DNA of 64,000 bases from Lama glama (Eukaryota), in the NCBI GenBank assembly GCA_028534125.1, contig CM052816.1:8558001-8622000 (forward strand). The letters are read 5' to 3'. A program made the translations under genes and the position numbers. The notes under the pieces were generated by a model. That model was not told the DNA's origin. It did no database searches and was given only the letters and a program-made list of their open reading frames with translations. This document shows positions 62,200 to 64,000 of this stretch, one piece after another. Numbering within the stretch: the first letter of the stretch is position 1; each line of letters begins with the position of its first letter.

Positions 62200-64000
62200 T
62201 TCAGCAGCGTCTTAGTCGAGAGATTTGGAGATAACCGCAGACAAGTGCGAGTGCCGAGGGACAGAACTTTCCCAGGGGCAACTCTGCCCGTCCGCACCCA
62301 GTTCTCTAGTCCCTGGCTGTCGGCTGGGGGGCACTGGTGGGGCCGAGGCTGGGATCGGAGCAGACAAGGGCGCGGGGCGGATCGGAGCAGACATGGGCGC
62401 GGGGCGAGTGACGGCGCCCGGTGACCGCCGCGGGAGCTTCACTGCAGTTTCGTCAGAGGTAAAGGTACGCGCCCGGCGCGCGCGGCGTGTGCACACAAAC
62501 ACACATACCCGCGCGCGCAGACCGCTCATCACACACTCCCCGCGGCCTGGAGAAGCGTGATTACACGCCACCAGGCCATTCGGCCCCTGCCCGGAACCCA
62601 CTCGAGAGCTCCCACCACCGACCACGAGGCCCCGCGGCTCCCTGACGCATGGACGTCTGCAGCGGGCGAGGGATGGCCTCCCGCGCGTGGCGGGCTTCCT
62701 CTCCGCGACACCCAGCCACGCCATGCCGTCCCAGCCGCCAGCCCGGACTCGCCACCCGGAGTCAGCCTGGTGCTGAATGTCTCCGCTGCTGCGTCCCCTC
62801 CAAGTCGCGTCTCACGGCAAGGAGTCAGCTTGCAAGCCTCTCCCCGCCCACCCGGTCCCATGACAGCTGCTGCCGCCCAAAGACAGGCAGATTATTACAA
62901 GAAGCAAAGTTTCCCTCTCTCCCCTCCCACATCCCGCCCCCCCCGGCTTCCCCCTCCCTTCCAGTGTTATGCAAAACAAGCCGGCACCGGCGCTCCGACT
63001 CCAGGTACCAAACCAGCCCCCGCGAGCCGCGCCCGGTTGCGCCCGGCGGCCCCTCTCGGCGCTCAGGCATGCGCCCGCATCCGGGGTCTCATTCTCCGCT
63101 CCGCCGCATCCTCAGCCGCCCGGCTACCCGCAGCGGGGCGCCAGTAGAAAAAGCCCTAACTATGGGGCCAAACTTTATGCTTGCAACAGGCATGGGGTGG
63201 GGAAAACCGGGGAGGAGGTGGGGGTCGCACATGCCTTGTGCAGGCATTTTTCCGTGCTGTTTATCCCAGCAGCACCCCCCATCCCGCCTCCAAGTCACCA
63301 GCTTCCTCGCCCCCACTCCCAGCACACCAGAACACCCTCTCCTGTCACGCGCGTGTCGCCGGTGGGGCTCCCAGACGCAGCCAAATCCCGGGACGCCGCC
63401 TCGCCTTCCCTTCCCCCAGCATAGCGCGCACCAGGGCCGCGCGCCGAAGGGGGACCTAGGCGCCCCCAAACAGTCCTTCCGCCCCCATCCTGCCGTGCTT
63501 TTCCCCCGGTGCTACGCCGGGTAGCGAAACCAGGAAGATTCTATCCCCGCCCGCCTGTCCACGTGCCCCGAAGACCCCTATACTCTCAGCGGGCAACTGG
63601 CAGGAAACTCCGCGCTGCGGGAGCCCTTCGGGAGCCTCGGGGGGCCAACAGCAGCGCGCGGGGGACCCGAGACTGGAGGACCAGGGGATTCCGCGGACGG
63701 GCGCAGGCGCCTGTGCCCGGGCCACAAGTCCACGTGAAAGTACGGCAGCAAGTGCCGGGAGCCTGAGGGCGCGCCTCCCGAACCCAGAACCAGCCTGAGG
63801 TTCCCTCACACCTTGGCGCGACTCCACCTACCCGACAAGCGCGGAACCCCTCAGCTCTGCCGGCGGGGGGGGGGGGCGGACTTTAAGCAACCATGGCTAG
63901 ACCCTCCCCAGCGGCCGTAGCTCTCCCAATGCTCCGGCTTGCGCGGGGGGACCTCCAGCTCCCTGTCGCCGTAACGACGAACATCGCAGGGTGCATGGAA
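62200..64000. promoter_or_regulatory. CpG island, probably promoter-associated, truncated by the window end
   Basis: GC and CpG density rise sharply and stay high (CGCG/GCGC runs, GC boxes GGGGCGG at ~62374 and ~63873, CACGTG E-boxes at ~63560 and ~63731), with no interspersed repeats. Confidence 0.9.
62352..62405. repeat. 27 bp tandem duplication, 2 copies, 1 mismatch
   Basis: GGATCGGAGCAGACAAGGGCGCGGGGC / GGATCGGAGCAGACATGGGCGCGGGGC. Confidence 0.95.

Noticed and set aside
62212..63827. Overlapping 110-291 aa ORFs in the CpG island
   Set aside because: Pro/Arg/Ala/Gly-rich ORFs on both strands and in several frames are expected in GC-rich, stop-poor DNA. I recognised no domain.
1..64000. 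CRISPR arrays, operons or other prokaryote-type systems
   Set aside because: The sequence is mammalian, with no regularly spaced repeat-spacer array and no gene-dense coding structure.

Overview
Mammalian non-coding DNA, most likely from a camelid: two tRNA-derived SINEs look like Vic-1, and I saw no Alu, Bov-A/Bov-tA, PRE-1 or Can-SINE copies. I found no credible protein-coding exon. The ORF track is explained by chance ORFs in GC-rich DNA, N-gap read-through and repeats. The window is dense in ancient repeats: many MIR and L2 copies, L1M fragments, MaLR LTRs, and DNA transposons resembling Tigger13a, MER96B, MER5, Charlie4a, MER58A, MER102, MER63 and MER113. It also holds a few lineage-specific insertions with target-site duplications and three gaps of exactly 500 N. 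A CpG island starts near 62.2 kb and runs off the right edge. L1 orientation bias and C-skew in the island suggest the window is the first intron of a minus-strand gene whose promoter lies at or just beyond the right end; I cannot name the gene. Candidate regulatory sites include two CTCF motifs, a kB site, a CCAAT plus TATA/MEF2 module, partial RE1 motifs and several repeat-free CpG-retaining patches. Repeat family names come from recall of consensus sequences, and repeat boundaries are approximate. I found no convincing novel biological system.
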